Assembly (NCBI GenBank): GCA_041746755.1
Contig: JBGTGL010000035.1
Span: 1-45,272 of the forward strand
Source of the DNA: Acidimicrobiia bacterium
GTDB taxonomy: Bacteria; Actinomycetota; Acidimicrobiia; Spongiisociales; ZC4RG35
Direction: 5' to 3'
Length of the DNA stretch: 45,272 nucleotides
Shown: positions 26,184-35,675 of the stretch, piece after piece
Layout of the letters: each line of letters starts with the position of its first letter
How positions within the stretch are numbered: position 1 is the first letter of the stretch
Made by a program: the position numbers and the translations under genes
The notes under the pieces: generated by a model
The model's database searches: none
The model's input: only the letters and a program-made list of their open reading frames with translations
What the model was told of the DNA's origin: nothing

Positions 26184-27314
26184 TTGGTTTCCCAACCGGA
26201 GGACGGCGGCGTCGAACAATCAGTGATGATCAGTTTGGACTGTGTTTCCAAGCACTATCCCGGTGCGGCCATGCCGGCGGTCGGCAACCTCAGTCTCGAT
26301 GTGGATCGGGGTGAGTTCGTGACACTCGTCGGGCCCTCAGGGTGCGGCAAAACCACCACATTGAAGATGATCAACCGAATCATCGAACCCACTGCCGGGT
26401 CGATCCGCATCGACGGAGTCGACGCCATGTCCATGCCTGCGCACGAGCTACGTCGATCCATTGGATATGTGATCCAACAGATCGGGTTGTTCCCTCACTA
26501 CACCATCGCCCAAAACATCGCAACGGTTCCGCGGCTCCTAGGTTGGGACGAATCCAGGATCCTGTCACGGACCGACGAGTTGATTGATCTGGTCGGGTTG
26601 GACGATGAGTTGCTTCCTCGCTACCCGGGGGAATTGTCAGGTGGCCAACAGCAACGGGTCGGAGTCGCCCGCGCTCTCGCGGCCGATCCACCGGTACTTC
26701 TCATGGATGAGCCGTTCGGGGCTGTCGACCCGATCGTGCGGGGAAACCTGCAGGTAGAGTTTCTCGAACTGCAACGGGCGCTCGGCAAGACGGTTGTCTT
26801 CGTCACGCACGATATCGACGAGGCGATCTTCCTCGGGACCCGGATCGCGATACTCAATATCGGTGGGGTCCTCGAGCAGTACGACACACCCAAAGTAATT
26901 CTGCGGGATCCCGCCAACCGCTTCGTCGAGGATTTCCTCGGTGGAGAACGCGGATTGAAACGCCTCGGGTTACTCCCGGTCGGGTCGACCGAACTGGTTC
27001 GTGGGCCGGTTGTCGATATCAATTCTTCAGATGACGACGCCCGACTCGTTATGGATCAGAACGGGATCGAATGGTTTGGGATCCTCGAGGGTGAGCGGCT
27101 TTTGGGTTGGGCCGACGCTTCGTCGCTCAATGGTGGGGGAGTGCGTGGAATCACACCCCGTCCATTTGCCGTCGAGCTGAGTTCGACTTCGAGCTTGCGC
27201 GAGGCCCTCGACTCCGTGGTTACCGGTCACGCCCGCATCGCCGTGGTCGTCGACGAGGGGATCTATCGGGGGATGCTCGATCTCGATGCGATTGCTGGAG
27301 AGGTCACCGAATGA
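26184..27314 (+). CDS. Osmoprotectant (glycine betaine/choline-type) ABC transporter ATP-binding protein with C-terminal CBS pair (OpuCA/ProV-like)
   Basis: GPSGCGKTT, LSGGQQQRVGVARA and LLMDEPFGAVDP, with a ~120-aa C-terminal CBS-like region. The true start may be GTG 26223 or ATG 26226. Confidence 0.85.
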   Translation: MVSQPEDGGVEQSVMISLDCVSKHYPGAAMPAVGNLSLDVDRGEFVTLVGPSGCGKTTTLKMINRIIEPTAGSIRIDGVDAMSMPAHELRRSIGYVIQQIGLFPHYTIAQNIATVPRLLGWDESRILSRTDELIDLVGLDDELLPRYPGELSGGQQQRVGVARALAADPPVLLMDEPFGAVDPIVRGNLQVEFLELQRALGKTVVFVTHDIDEAIFLGTRIAILNIGGVLEQYDTPKVILRDPANRFVEDFLGGERGLKRLGLLPVGSTELVRGPVVDINSSDDDARLVMDQNGIEWFGILEGERLLGWADASSLNGGGVRGITPRPFAVELSSTSSLREALDSVVTGHARIAVVVDEGIYRGMLDLDAIAGEVTE

Positions 27315-27967
27315 TCGACTGGTCCTGGGTCCAGCGAAACATGGGAGAGATAGTCAATCGCACCTGGGAGCATCTCAGGTTGACCGGCATCTCGGTAGCC
27401 CTCGGCCTTCTCATCTCGATCGGGCTGGCGGTTTTTGCCCTCCGCTGGCGATGGGCTTACCCACCCATAACCGGTTTTGCCGGGCTCCTCTATACGATCC
27501 CATCCCTCGCACTGTTTGCCCTATTGGTTCCGTTCACCGGGCTAACCGACGCCACCGCCATCATCGCCCTCACTTCATACACTCTTTTCATCCTGGTCCG
27601 CAATGTCGTAGCCGGTATCGATGGGGTCCCCGAGGCGGTCCTCGAGGCCGCCGATGGCATGGGATACACGAGGACGGCGCGGTTCTGGAGGATGGAGGTG
27701 CCGCTGGCACTACCTGCCATCGTCGCCGGTGTCCGCATCGCCACGGTGACCACCGTGGGGCTGGTGACGATCACGGCGGTCATCGGTCTCGGCGGCTACG
27801 GCTTTTTCATCCTGCGCGGGCTCAACACGTTCTTTTGGACTCAATTGCTGGTCGGTGTGGCGCTTTCAGTTGTACTAGCAACCATTCTCGACCTCGGCTT
27901 TGTCGGGATCGAGAAGTGGCTCACCCCGTGGAATCGTGACAAAAGGGCGGCACAGGTCAAGCCATGA
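27311..27967 (+). CDS. ABC transporter permease (OpuCB-like)
   Basis: Starts at MIDWSWV, with an ATGA overlap with the ATPase stop. It has a BPD-type permease hydrophobic pattern and EAADGMGYT (EAA loop). The track's longer N-terminus is an out-of-context extension. Confidence 0.85.
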   Translation: MIDWSWVQRNMGEIVNRTWEHLRLTGISVALGLLISIGLAVFALRWRWAYPPITGFAGLLYTIPSLALFALLVPFTGLTDATAIIALTSYTLFILVRNVVAGIDGVPEAVLEAADGMGYTRTARFWRMEVPLALPAIVAGVRIATVTTVGLVTITAVIGLGGYGFFILRGLNTFFWTQLLVGVALSVVLATILDLGFVGIEKWLTPWNRDKRAAQVKP

Positions 27968-28650
27968 ACATTTGGGAATCGCTGGTCGATTATGCGTCCG
28001 ATCCGGAGGTATGGACCGGGCCGGGTTCGTTTTGGGAGCGATTATTTGAACACCTTTGGGTTTCGGTGGCGGCCACGGTGATAGCGATGATCCTCGTGTT
28101 TCCCCTAGCCCTTTATCTTGGCCATATCCGCAGGGGGTCTCAGGCCGCATCAGCTGTCGTCAATATCGGCCGGGCGATTCCTTCCTTTGGAATCCTGGCG
28201 ATTGCGTTCCTGCTGTTTGTTGGATTTGGCATGGGAGTGGGCGAACCATGGTCGATTCTGGTTGCTTTGATCGCCCTCGCGGCACCACCGATTTTCACCA
28301 ACACCGTTGCCGGAGTGCAGAGTGTTCCGCCGCCGACCGTAGAGGCCGCACGTGGCATGGGATTGACCGAGTTCGGTGTCCTCGTCGACATCGAGGTTCC
28401 GATGGCGACACCATTGATCATGGAAGGGGTCCGAATCGCCTTCGTCCAGGTAATCGCAACCGCCACTCTTGGCGCGATCGTTGCCTGGGGAGGTCTGGGC
28501 AGATACATCATTGACGGGTTCGCGGTTCAAGACAATGGTGAGATTCTGTTTGGTGCCCTGGCGGTGGGACTGTTGGCCCTATTAGCCGAAGTCGGGTTTA
28601 GCGCTATTCAACGCAATACCACACCGAAGGGCCTCCGCACTCAGAGATAA
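27964..28650 (+). CDS. ABC transporter permease (OpuCD-like)
   Basis: 228 aa with the EAA loop EAARGMGLT. It overlaps the preceding permease by 4 nt. Confidence 0.85.
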   Translation: MNIWESLVDYASDPEVWTGPGSFWERLFEHLWVSVAATVIAMILVFPLALYLGHIRRGSQAASAVVNIGRAIPSFGILAIAFLLFVGFGMGVGEPWSILVALIALAAPPIFTNTVAGVQSVPPPTVEAARGMGLTEFGVLVDIEVPMATPLIMEGVRIAFVQVIATATLGAIVAWGGLGRYIIDGFAVQDNGEILFGALAVGLLALLAEVGFSAIQRNTTPKGLRTQR

Positions 28651-28757
28651 GTGGAATCTTTTCGAATCTCTTAGGGTTGGGTACTAGTTGTCCGCTGACC
28701 TCTCGCACCGCGAGATCGAAGCGGACATTTGGTTAACTACTACAGAAGGAGAAACCC

Positions 28758-29669
28758 ATGCGGAGAACTGTCCGCAAACGCACTGTTGGGGCGATCCTGG
28801 CGCTGTCACTGGTGGCGGCTGCTTGTGGATCGGGTGACGGTGCTGGTGACGGCGAGCCGATAACGGTCGCGTCGTTCAATTTCAATGAATCGGTGATTGT
28901 CGCCGAAATCTATGCCCAGGCCCTCGAGGCGGAAGGTTTCACGATTGAGCGGAAGCTGAATCTGGGAAATCGCGAAGTAGTGGGCCCTGCCCTGCAATCG
29001 GGAGAGATCGACCTGGTCCCCGAGTACATTGCGAGCCTCTCTTCCTTCCTTGGTCTGACCCCGACGGCCGATTCTGAGGCCACATGGAACAGTGCCAATG
29101 AAGCGATTGAAGCCGATGGAGTAGCTCTACTCCAATACAGCCCGGCGCAGGACAAGAATGCATATGTGGTTACGGCGGAAACTGCATCTCAATACAACTT
29201 GAGCAAAGTTTCCGACTTGCAGCCCGTAGCCGGTGAGCTCAAGTTCGGTGGACCGCCGGAGTGTCCCGACCGGGAATTCTGCCTGATCGGTCTGGAGGAT
29301 GTCTACGGGCTGATCTTCGCCGAGTTCGTACCGCTGGACACCGGGGGACCGATCACGATTGCGGCTCTTGAGGGGGGCGAAATCGATGTTGGCCTGCTCT
29401 TTACTACGCAGGGCATCATTGCTGCCAATGGTTGGGTTTCGCTCGAGGACGATAAGGGATTGAACCCTGCCGAGAACCTGGTGCCGGCGATTCGCCAGGA
29501 AGTCTTGGATGCCAATGGTGACGATCTCAAATCGATTCTCGAAGAGGTCTCGGCCGCGCTGACGACCGAGGATCTCATTGAGATGAACAAGAGGGCTGAC
29601 ATCGACCAGGAAGACCCGGCGGCAATTGCCACCGATTGGCTGGTCGAATTCGGATTTATCGAAGCTTAG
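28758..29669 (+). CDS. Osmoprotectant-binding lipoprotein (OpuAC/OpuCC family substrate-binding protein)
   Basis: Lipobox LVAAACGS, with FNESVIVAEIYAQALE and DLVPEY typical of PF04069 binding proteins. AGAAGGAG RBS upstream. Confidence 0.85.
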   Translation: MRRTVRKRTVGAILALSLVAAACGSGDGAGDGEPITVASFNFNESVIVAEIYAQALEAEGFTIERKLNLGNREVVGPALQSGEIDLVPEYIASLSSFLGLTPTADSEATWNSANEAIEADGVALLQYSPAQDKNAYVVTAETASQYNLSKVSDLQPVAGELKFGGPPECPDREFCLIGLEDVYGLIFAEFVPLDTGGPITIAALEGGEIDVGLLFTTQGIIAANGWVSLEDDKGLNPAENLVPAIRQEVLDANGDDLKSILEEVSAALTTEDLIEMNKRADIDQEDPAAIATDWLVEFGFIEA

Positions 29670-29692
29670 GAAGTCAACGTACACCCGGCCGA

Positions 29693-29727
29693 AGGGTCCT
29701 CTTCTCTCGGTGAGGGGAGAGGACCCT
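29693..29727. terminator. Hairpin between convergent genes (probable bidirectional terminator)
   Basis: 10-bp perfect stem AGGGTCCTCT / AGAGGACCCT with a 15-nt loop that is partly self-pairing. The T-tract is weak (CGTTGTGTT). Confidence 0.45.
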
Positions 29728-29748
29728 CGTTGTGTTCTACCCGAAGTC

Positions 29749-31071
29749 TCAGTTTGTCCTGTGGTTCACCTCTGGGGTGGTGTCGTTGGCCCCCTTTGGA
29801 GCCCGACTGATCCAGACCTGGCCGACTCGTCGGCCACTGATGGAGCGGATTACCAGCTCCCAGTCCTGTTCGCGGATGACGTCGCCGGCCCGGGGTACGC
29901 GTCCCAACCGGTTCATCAAAAGGCCGCCCAGGGTGGTGTACTCGCCCTTCGGTAAGTCGACGCCAAGGGCGGTTAGCTCGTCGATTCTGACATTTCCGGC
30001 GACGATCATCCTGCCCTTGCCGACACTTTTTACCTGTTCCTCGTCTTGGTCATGTTCGTCGGTGATGTCGCCTACCAGTTCCTCGGCCACGTCTTCCATG
30101 GTGACGATGCCCGCGGCGCTTCCATGCTCGTCGACCACGATGCCGAGATGGCTTCGTGTCCTCCGCATGTTTGCGAGCACCGACGTCAGACTCGCCGATT
30201 CAGGCACCGCTCCAGTCTCCCGGATTAAGTTGTTCGGCACCGGGTCGTCGAGTTGTGAGTCGTCCACGGAGATCAAGTCTTTGATATGGACGAAACCGAG
30301 CACATTGTCGAGATCTCCTGTATGAATCGGGATTCGGGAATGGCCGGTGCTCTTCATCAGACCCAGAATCGACCGGCCCGGATCGCCCACTTCGGCTGAG
30401 ACCACGTCGGGGCGGGGAGTCATCACATCAGAGGCGTCTTTGTCGGCGAATCCGATTGCGCTCGTGAGCAAACTGTGGGCGAAGTCCCCGATCACACCCT
30501 CCTTTTGACCGGCTCCGATCACTATGGCCAGATCCTCGGCCGAATGGCCGGCGTCGAGAGCGTCGGCAGGGGTGATACCGAAAATTCGCAGGACTCCGTT
30601 GGCGATCCCGTTGAGGATCGCGATCAAGGGGCGGAACACCAGGATGAAGGCGCGGAAAGGGAGGGCGAGCAGCACAGCGGTTCGTTCCGGACTCGAGATG
30701 GCGATGTTCTTGGGAGCCATCTCACCGACGACCATGTGGAGGAACACCACTATCAAGAGGGCAATCACAAGTGAAATCACGTGCAGTGTGGCTTCGGGAA
30801 GTCCGAGGAAACCGAATGCGTTCTCCAGGATCCCGGCGATCGCAGGTTCGGCGACCGCACCGAGTACCAGGGAGGCCATGGTGATGCCCAGTTGAGCTCC
30901 GGCGAGGCTGAGCGACAGATTCTCTCCCAAGCCCACCGCGAGCCGGGGGGAGGTGCCGGCCATGTCGGCCATGACGTTCCGGCGGGCGGTGATGTAGGCG
31001 AATTCGGCAGCCACGAAGAATCCGTTGGCCAGGAGAAGCAATACCAGCCAGATTAGTGCCGACCAATTCAT
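29749..31071 (-). CDS. CNNM/CorC-type membrane protein (DUF21 + CBS pair + CorC_HlyC)
   Basis: 440 aa. LLLLANGFFVAAEFA (DUF21 start), a CBS pair, and a C-terminal transporter-associated domain (YTTLGGLLMNRLGRVPRAGD). Confidence 0.9.
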   Translation of the reverse strand: MNWSALIWLVLLLLANGFFVAAEFAYITARRNVMADMAGTSPRLAVGLGENLSLSLAGAQLGITMASLVLGAVAEPAIAGILENAFGFLGLPEATLHVISLVIALLIVVFLHMVVGEMAPKNIAISSPERTAVLLALPFRAFILVFRPLIAILNGIANGVLRIFGITPADALDAGHSAEDLAIVIGAGQKEGVIGDFAHSLLTSAIGFADKDASDVMTPRPDVVSAEVGDPGRSILGLMKSTGHSRIPIHTGDLDNVLGFVHIKDLISVDDSQLDDPVPNNLIRETGAVPESASLTSVLANMRRTRSHLGIVVDEHGSAAGIVTMEDVAEELVGDITDEHDQDEEQVKSVGKGRMIVAGNVRIDELTALGVDLPKGEYTTLGGLLMNRLGRVPRAGDVIREQDWELVIRSISGRRVGQVWISRAPKGANDTTPEVNHRTN

Positions 31072-32513
31072 CGCTTCGCCTGGCCTTGCATGCGGGTCAC
31101 CCGCACCTGGTCGACGCGAAGTCCATCCATTTCCCTTACTTCGAACGCGAACGGCCCGGAGATGATCACATCACCCACCGCCGGGAATCTGCCGTGTCGG
31201 GCGATGAGGAATCCCCCGAGAGTCTCGTAACGCCCATCGGGCCATTCATATCCGATCAACTCCTCCACCTCGTGGCGGTGGAGCAGCCCTGAAATTGTTG
31301 CCATCCCGTCGGGCTGGTCGTCGGGGTCGGGTCGGACGTCATATTCGTCCTCGATGTCACCAAAGATCTCCTCAAGGAGGTCTTCGAGGGTGATGATCCC
31401 TGCGGTGCCGCCGTACTCGTCGACGACGATTGCCATTCCCTTTCCATTGGTCCTCAACTCGCCGAGGACAAATTCGAGAGATGCCGTCTCTGGCACTTCC
31501 AACGCAGGTTGGGTGATTTCGGATATCTCGGTTATCGACAGCCTGGAATCGGGTACGTCGACGGTGTCTTTGATGTGGGCGACTCCGATAACGTTGTCGA
31601 GCACAGTGGTATGGACAGGAAACCGGGAGTGTCCGGTGGCTAAAGACAACCGTCGCAGCTCGGCCACCGATTGATGGCGCTCCATCGAAACCACATTTAC
31701 CCGGGGGATCATTGCGTCGCCGGCCGACTTCTCGGTGAAGGTAAGCGCCCGGGTGAGCAGTTTGAGCTCGGTGTCGTCGAGCCTCCCTTCCTCGCCGGAG
31801 GAGCGGATCATCAGCTCGAGCTCTTCCATCGAGCGGACGCCGGCCAGCTCGGCGCGGGGCTCGACACCGAGCCGTCTTACTGCCCAATCTGCGGACCGGT
31901 TCAGGAACAGAATCAGCGGGCGAATGGCGCGGTTGGCGAATTGCATTGGGATAGCGAACCAAACCGCTGAGAAATACGGGCGTGCGATCGCCAGGTTTTT
32001 GGGCACCAGCTCCCCAAACACCATCTGACTGCCAGTGGCCAGGATGAAAGTGACCGTGAGGGCGACTGCGGCGGCTGAACTCGCGGCCAGGAAGGGGAGT
32101 GAGTCGAAGAGCGGGACGATCAGTGGCGCGATCGTGGGCTCTGCGATCGCACCGAGGATAAGCGAGGTGACTGTGATTCCGAGTTGCGCCCCCGACAACT
32201 CGAAGGAGAGATTGCGCAGCGAGCGCAGAATCCGGGTGGCCGCCCGATCTCCACCGAGGGCTTTTCGCTCAACCGAACTTCGTTCCACGCTAACAATCGC
32301 GAACTCGCCGGCGACGAAGAAGGCGTTTATGACGATGAGCAGCGCGACAAGTGCCAACCCGGCAGCGGTGCTAATAGGGCAGAACCTCGAGATGCACGAT
32401 GGTCCCAGCTTAATCGGCTTCGCTTTCCCGGAAAGTCGCCCCAAGAATCTGTCCCACCGACTTTGTACATTGATCGAGAAGAAAGGTTGGAGATGCAAAT
32501 CGACTGTGATCAA
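31068..32513 (-). CDS. CNNM/CorC-type membrane protein, tandem paralogue
   Basis: INAFFVAGEFA, a CBS pair, and YETLGGFLIARHGRFPAVGD. There is an ATGA overlap with the downstream paralogue. The start is uncertain: ATG 32513 would overlap the divergent small gene, and TTG 32357 is an alternative. Confidence 0.85.
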   Translation of the reverse strand: MITVDLHLQPFFSINVQSRWDRFLGRLSGKAKPIKLGPSCISRFCPISTAAGLALVALLIVINAFFVAGEFAIVSVERSSVERKALGGDRAATRILRSLRNLSFELSGAQLGITVTSLILGAIAEPTIAPLIVPLFDSLPFLAASSAAAVALTVTFILATGSQMVFGELVPKNLAIARPYFSAVWFAIPMQFANRAIRPLILFLNRSADWAVRRLGVEPRAELAGVRSMEELELMIRSSGEEGRLDDTELKLLTRALTFTEKSAGDAMIPRVNVVSMERHQSVAELRRLSLATGHSRFPVHTTVLDNVIGVAHIKDTVDVPDSRLSITEISEITQPALEVPETASLEFVLGELRTNGKGMAIVVDEYGGTAGIITLEDLLEEIFGDIEDEYDVRPDPDDQPDGMATISGLLHRHEVEELIGYEWPDGRYETLGGFLIARHGRFPAVGDVIISGPFAFEVREMDGLRVDQVRVTRMQGQAKR

Positions 32514-32681
32514 TGTGCGATGAAGAACACCAATACCTGCGACGACTGTGTTGTAACGGTGTTGTTCCGGCTGGGCCCAGTCGAACTAACCGACGATGAA
32601 GTGACCGCTCTCGACAATCTGGCCGAACAGGGTTTGGTGCCGCGTCTTCGTCTGGTACCGGCAAACCGACGGGTTTCCTAG
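32493..32681 (+). CDS. Small four-cysteine protein (CxxC-x9-CxxC), putative zinc ribbon
   Basis: 62 aa, MQIDCDQCAMKNTNTCDDCVVTVLFRLGP.... A good RBS (GAAAGGTTGGAG) lies 2 nt upstream of the ATG at 32493. It is the C-terminal part of track ORF 32184..32681. Confidence 0.55.
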   Translation: MQIDCDQCAMKNTNTCDDCVVTVLFRLGPVELTDDEVTALDNLAEQGLVPRLRLVPANRRVS

Positions 32682-32728
32682 TCATTCGTGGCGAAGGCCA
32701 GTAGTGGCGGTAATCGCCGTTATCCTGC

Positions 32729-33067
32729 TTGGCGATGGTCAAGATCTACGCAGTCCTCCTTGCGCTGGGAAGCATCGGTCTTTTGGTGGTGATTTTTGGC
32801 GGTACGCTCGCCGAGAATTTGGGCCATTCCGAAAGGGATCCCAATCTTCTGCTCGGGGGCCGTGGCCGGAAATTGTTTGGTGGAATTCTCGGGTTTTCGA
32901 TGGGTGGGATGGCCGCTGAATTTTCCCCCCTCGACTTCTCCTGGCCGGTTGCCCTCCTCATCGCCTCCGGTTCGGCCGTCCTCGGTGCTGTTTGGGTCGG
33001 ATATGCCGACAGAATCACCGCCGCCACTCCGGCCGAGACGGCGGGGGACCATCCCGGAACCGGATAG
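32729..33067 (+). CDS. Small membrane protein (3 TM)
   Basis: 112 aa with a hydrophobic pattern. The start is TTG 32729 or ATG 32735. Confidence 0.5.
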   Translation: MAMVKIYAVLLALGSIGLLVVIFGGTLAENLGHSERDPNLLLGGRGRKLFGGILGFSMGGMAAEFSPLDFSWPVALLIASGSAVLGAVWVGYADRITAATPAETAGDHPGTG

Positions 33068-33070
33068 CCC

Positions 33071-33838
33071 ATGCTTGTCGTATCCGATGTCCACGGCGCC
33101 TTCGATGCCCTGCGACGCGTGGTGAGTTCGGGTGAAAGCCTTCTAATCCTCGGCGATCTGGCCAATCTGACCGACTACCGGACCGGGGACGGGGCGGTTG
33201 CCACGGCATTTGGCCTCGATCTCGCACGCCAGGCAGGCGATGCGCGCGGGGAGGGAGACTTCGAGGAGATGCGCCGTTTGTGGAGGGATGCGGTGCCCGA
33301 CGCCGACACCGGCCGACGGTCGATCGAAATGGCCATCGAGGGCCAGTACGCCGAGATGAGATCTGCGTTAGACGGTGGAAATGGATACGTGATCCATGGG
33401 AACGTCGATCGCCCTGATCAGTTGATCGCGGCGCTGCCGTCGGGTTTCCGATACGTCCATGGTCAATCTCTCGAGATCGACGGACTGGTATTCGGGTTCG
33501 TGGGCGGTGGGGTACGCACGCCCATGCAGGCTGTTGGCGAAATCGATGATGGAGAAATGGAGGCAATGCTGGAGTCGCTGGGCCCGGTCGACGTTCTTTG
33601 TACCCACGTCCCGCCGGCAGTTGCCAGCTTGCATCAAGATGTGGTCACCGGGCGAGCAGAGCGCAGTTCTGCACCGATTTATCAGTACATAGCCCGGTTT
33701 CGGCCGCGGCTTCATCTCTTTGGTGATGTTCATCAACCCCAGGCGACACGTTGGAGGATTGGTCCTACGGTGTGCCATAACGTCGGCTATTTTCGGGCGA
33801 CCGGGAGGGCGATGCGACTCGACACCTCAGCCGTTTAG
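33071..33838 (+). CDS. Metallophosphoesterase (calcineurin-like)
   Basis: MLVVSDVHG, LGDL and HGNVD motifs, with a later CTHVPP. Confidence 0.8.
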   Translation: MLVVSDVHGAFDALRRVVSSGESLLILGDLANLTDYRTGDGAVATAFGLDLARQAGDARGEGDFEEMRRLWRDAVPDADTGRRSIEMAIEGQYAEMRSALDGGNGYVIHGNVDRPDQLIAALPSGFRYVHGQSLEIDGLVFGFVGGGVRTPMQAVGEIDDGEMEAMLESLGPVDVLCTHVPPAVASLHQDVVTGRAERSSAPIYQYIARFRPRLHLFGDVHQPQATRWRIGPTVCHNVGYFRATGRAMRLDTSAV

Positions 33839-33871
33839 CTGCTGGCAGAGGGCTAGGATCGATCTCGAATC

Positions 33872-34315
33872 ATGACCGAAGGTACCTTTCAAACGCTGGA
33901 AATCGATGCTTCGCCCGAAGATCTCTACGAGGTAGTGGCCGACGTCGCCGACTATCCCGAATGGGCCACGGGGGTCAAGGAGGTCGAGGTACTCGAGACG
34001 GGGGACGGCGACGAAGTCCTCAAAGCGAGATTCGTCATCGAGGGGTTTGTCAAAGAGATCGAATACGTTCTCGCCTACACCCATGATCGCCCCAACTCAC
34101 TGAGTTGGTCGAGTATCGAAAGCGACGATGTCAAAGTCTTAGAGGGTTCTTACACATTCCAGCCCGGCGAGGAAGGTACCGAAGTGGTCTACGCGTTGTC
34201 CGTCGAGACCGTCTTCACAATCCCCGGGTTCATCCGGCGCCAGGCAGAGCGCCAGATCGTCACCACAGCCCTGAGAGGCCTTCGAAAGAGGGTCGCCGAG
34301 ACAGGAAAATCATGA
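33872..34315 (+). CDS. SRPBCC (cyclase/dehydrase, START-like) family protein
   Basis: 147 aa. VADVADYPEWATGVKEVEVLE is typical of the polyketide_cyc2 family. Confidence 0.75.
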   Translation: MTEGTFQTLEIDASPEDLYEVVADVADYPEWATGVKEVEVLETGDGDEVLKARFVIEGFVKEIEYVLAYTHDRPNSLSWSSIESDDVKVLEGSYTFQPGEEGTEVVYALSVETVFTIPGFIRRQAERQIVTTALRGLRKRVAETGKS

Positions 34316-35493
34316 GAATCATCTTGGTCACAGGGAAAGGTGGGGTTGGCAAAACGACGGTCGCCGCTGCTACGGCACTAGCGGCTGCCGACCAGGGATA
34401 TCGGACAATGGTCACCTCGACGGACCCGGCCCATTCTCTGGCCGACGCTCTCACGGTGAAGTTGGGCAGCGATCCCACGAACGTCGTCGACAATCTCGAT
34501 GGACAACAGATAGACACTCAACGCCAGCTGGATAAGTACTGGGGTTCGATCAGGCGCCAGCTGATGGATGTCCTCGACTGGGGTGGCGCCGGCGGCATCG
34601 AGTCGGAGGAGTTTCTGATTTTTCCCGGCATGGACGAGTTGTTCGCCCTTCTGGAGGTCAACCACCACGCTCGCTCGGGCCAATACGACGTAGTTGTGGT
34701 CGACTGTGCCCCGACGGCGGAGACCCTGCGGCTTCTCTCCCTTCCCGAGGTTCTTTCGTGGTATTTCGAGCGAGTGATGCCGACTGAACGCAAGATTCTG
34801 CGGGCCGCCCGTCCGATATTGTCCCGGATCACCGACATGCCCTTACCGCAGGATGAGGTGTTCACCGCAGCGCAGTCGATATTCCATTCGATCGAAGGTG
34901 TCAAAGAGCTGATGGGAAATCCCGAGATAACCTCGGCTCGACTGGTGGTCAACCCGGAGAAAATGGTGATCGACGAGGCAAGACGGACCTATAGCTACCT
35001 CGGTCTCTTCGGATATGGCGTTGATGGGGTGGTGGTCAACCGGGTTTTGCCCGATGACGTGACCGACCCCTACTTCGATCGGTGGCGGGCAATTCAGAAG
35101 GGACACCTCGATGTCGTTGACGATGCCTTCGCCGATGTGCCCCGACTCCGGCTCCGTCTCTTCGACGATGAAATGGTGGGAGTTGATCGACTGCGCCGAA
35201 TGTCGGACGAACTCTACGGAGAGGCCGATCCTGTAGCCGACTTCGACGCAACGAGCCCCTTTCGGATAGTAGAACGCGACGGCGCGGTCACCATGGAGCT
35301 CGACGTTCCCTTTGTCGAGAAAGCCGACCTCGATGTATTCCGTAAGGGCCACGAGCTCTACATCCAGCTCGGTCCCTACCGCCGCTCGTTCATTTTGCCG
35401 GATGCGCTGCATCGCCGTGAAGTCACCAGGGCCCGCCTTGACGGCGGAATTCTCTCTGTTGCTTTTTCCGATCCTGACGAAGCGTCGTCATGA
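34312..35493 (+). CDS. ArsA/Get3-family ATPase with a C-terminal HSP20-like domain
   Basis: Starts at MRIILVTGKGGVGKTT (deviant Walker A), then STDPAHSL and VVDCAPT. The C-terminal ~90 aa are alpha-crystallin-like (LDVPFVEKADLDVF...GILSVAF). There is an ATGA overlap with the SRPBCC gene. The track's N-terminal extension is rejected. Confidence 0.85.
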   Translation: MRIILVTGKGGVGKTTVAAATALAAADQGYRTMVTSTDPAHSLADALTVKLGSDPTNVVDNLDGQQIDTQRQLDKYWGSIRRQLMDVLDWGGAGGIESEEFLIFPGMDELFALLEVNHHARSGQYDVVVVDCAPTAETLRLLSLPEVLSWYFERVMPTERKILRAARPILSRITDMPLPQDEVFTAAQSIFHSIEGVKELMGNPEITSARLVVNPEKMVIDEARRTYSYLGLFGYGVDGVVVNRVLPDDVTDPYFDRWRAIQKGHLDVVDDAFADVPRLRLRLFDDEMVGVDRLRRMSDELYGEADPVADFDATSPFRIVERDGAVTMELDVPFVEKADLDVFRKGHELYIQLGPYRRSFILPDALHRREVTRARLDGGILSVAFSDPDEASS

Positions 35494-35675
35494 ATCGAGA
35501 TGATGTGTTTGAAACCGCACGTCGCGCGGGTAAACGTGCTCTGATCCACCTCATTCAGGCTGCCATCGAGGCAGTCAAGGCGGTGGAGGCGGTAATAGAC
35601 GAAGTCTCCAATATGGGGCAAAATGATCAGAACTCCGAGGATCGAGATCGGACTGAACGAATTGATGTGGAATGA
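35490..35675 (+). CDS. Small acidic helical protein, unknown function
   Basis: 61 aa with ATGA overlaps at both ends (with the ArsA gene and with the DUF1232 gene), which argues for translation. Confidence 0.45.
   Translation: MNRDDVFETARRAGKRALIHLIQAAIEAVKAVEAVIDEVSNMGQNDQNSEDRDRTERIDVE

Noticed and set aside
29749-32513. Tandem CNNM/CorC paralogues as a possible novel system
   Set aside because: Adjacent DUF21-CBS-CorC paralogue pairs are common in Actinobacteria (the M. tuberculosis Rv1841c/Rv1842c arrangement). This is an ordinary housekeeping feature.
34105-34311. N-terminal extension of the ArsA-like ORF, and similar extensions at 27107-27310, 24210-24329, 37145-37192 and 42069-42122
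   Set aside because: The extensions overlap the preceding genes in other frames and are Arg-rich. Canonical N-termini (for example MRIILVTGKGGVGKTT and MIDWSWV) start at internal codons with stop/start overlaps or an RBS.
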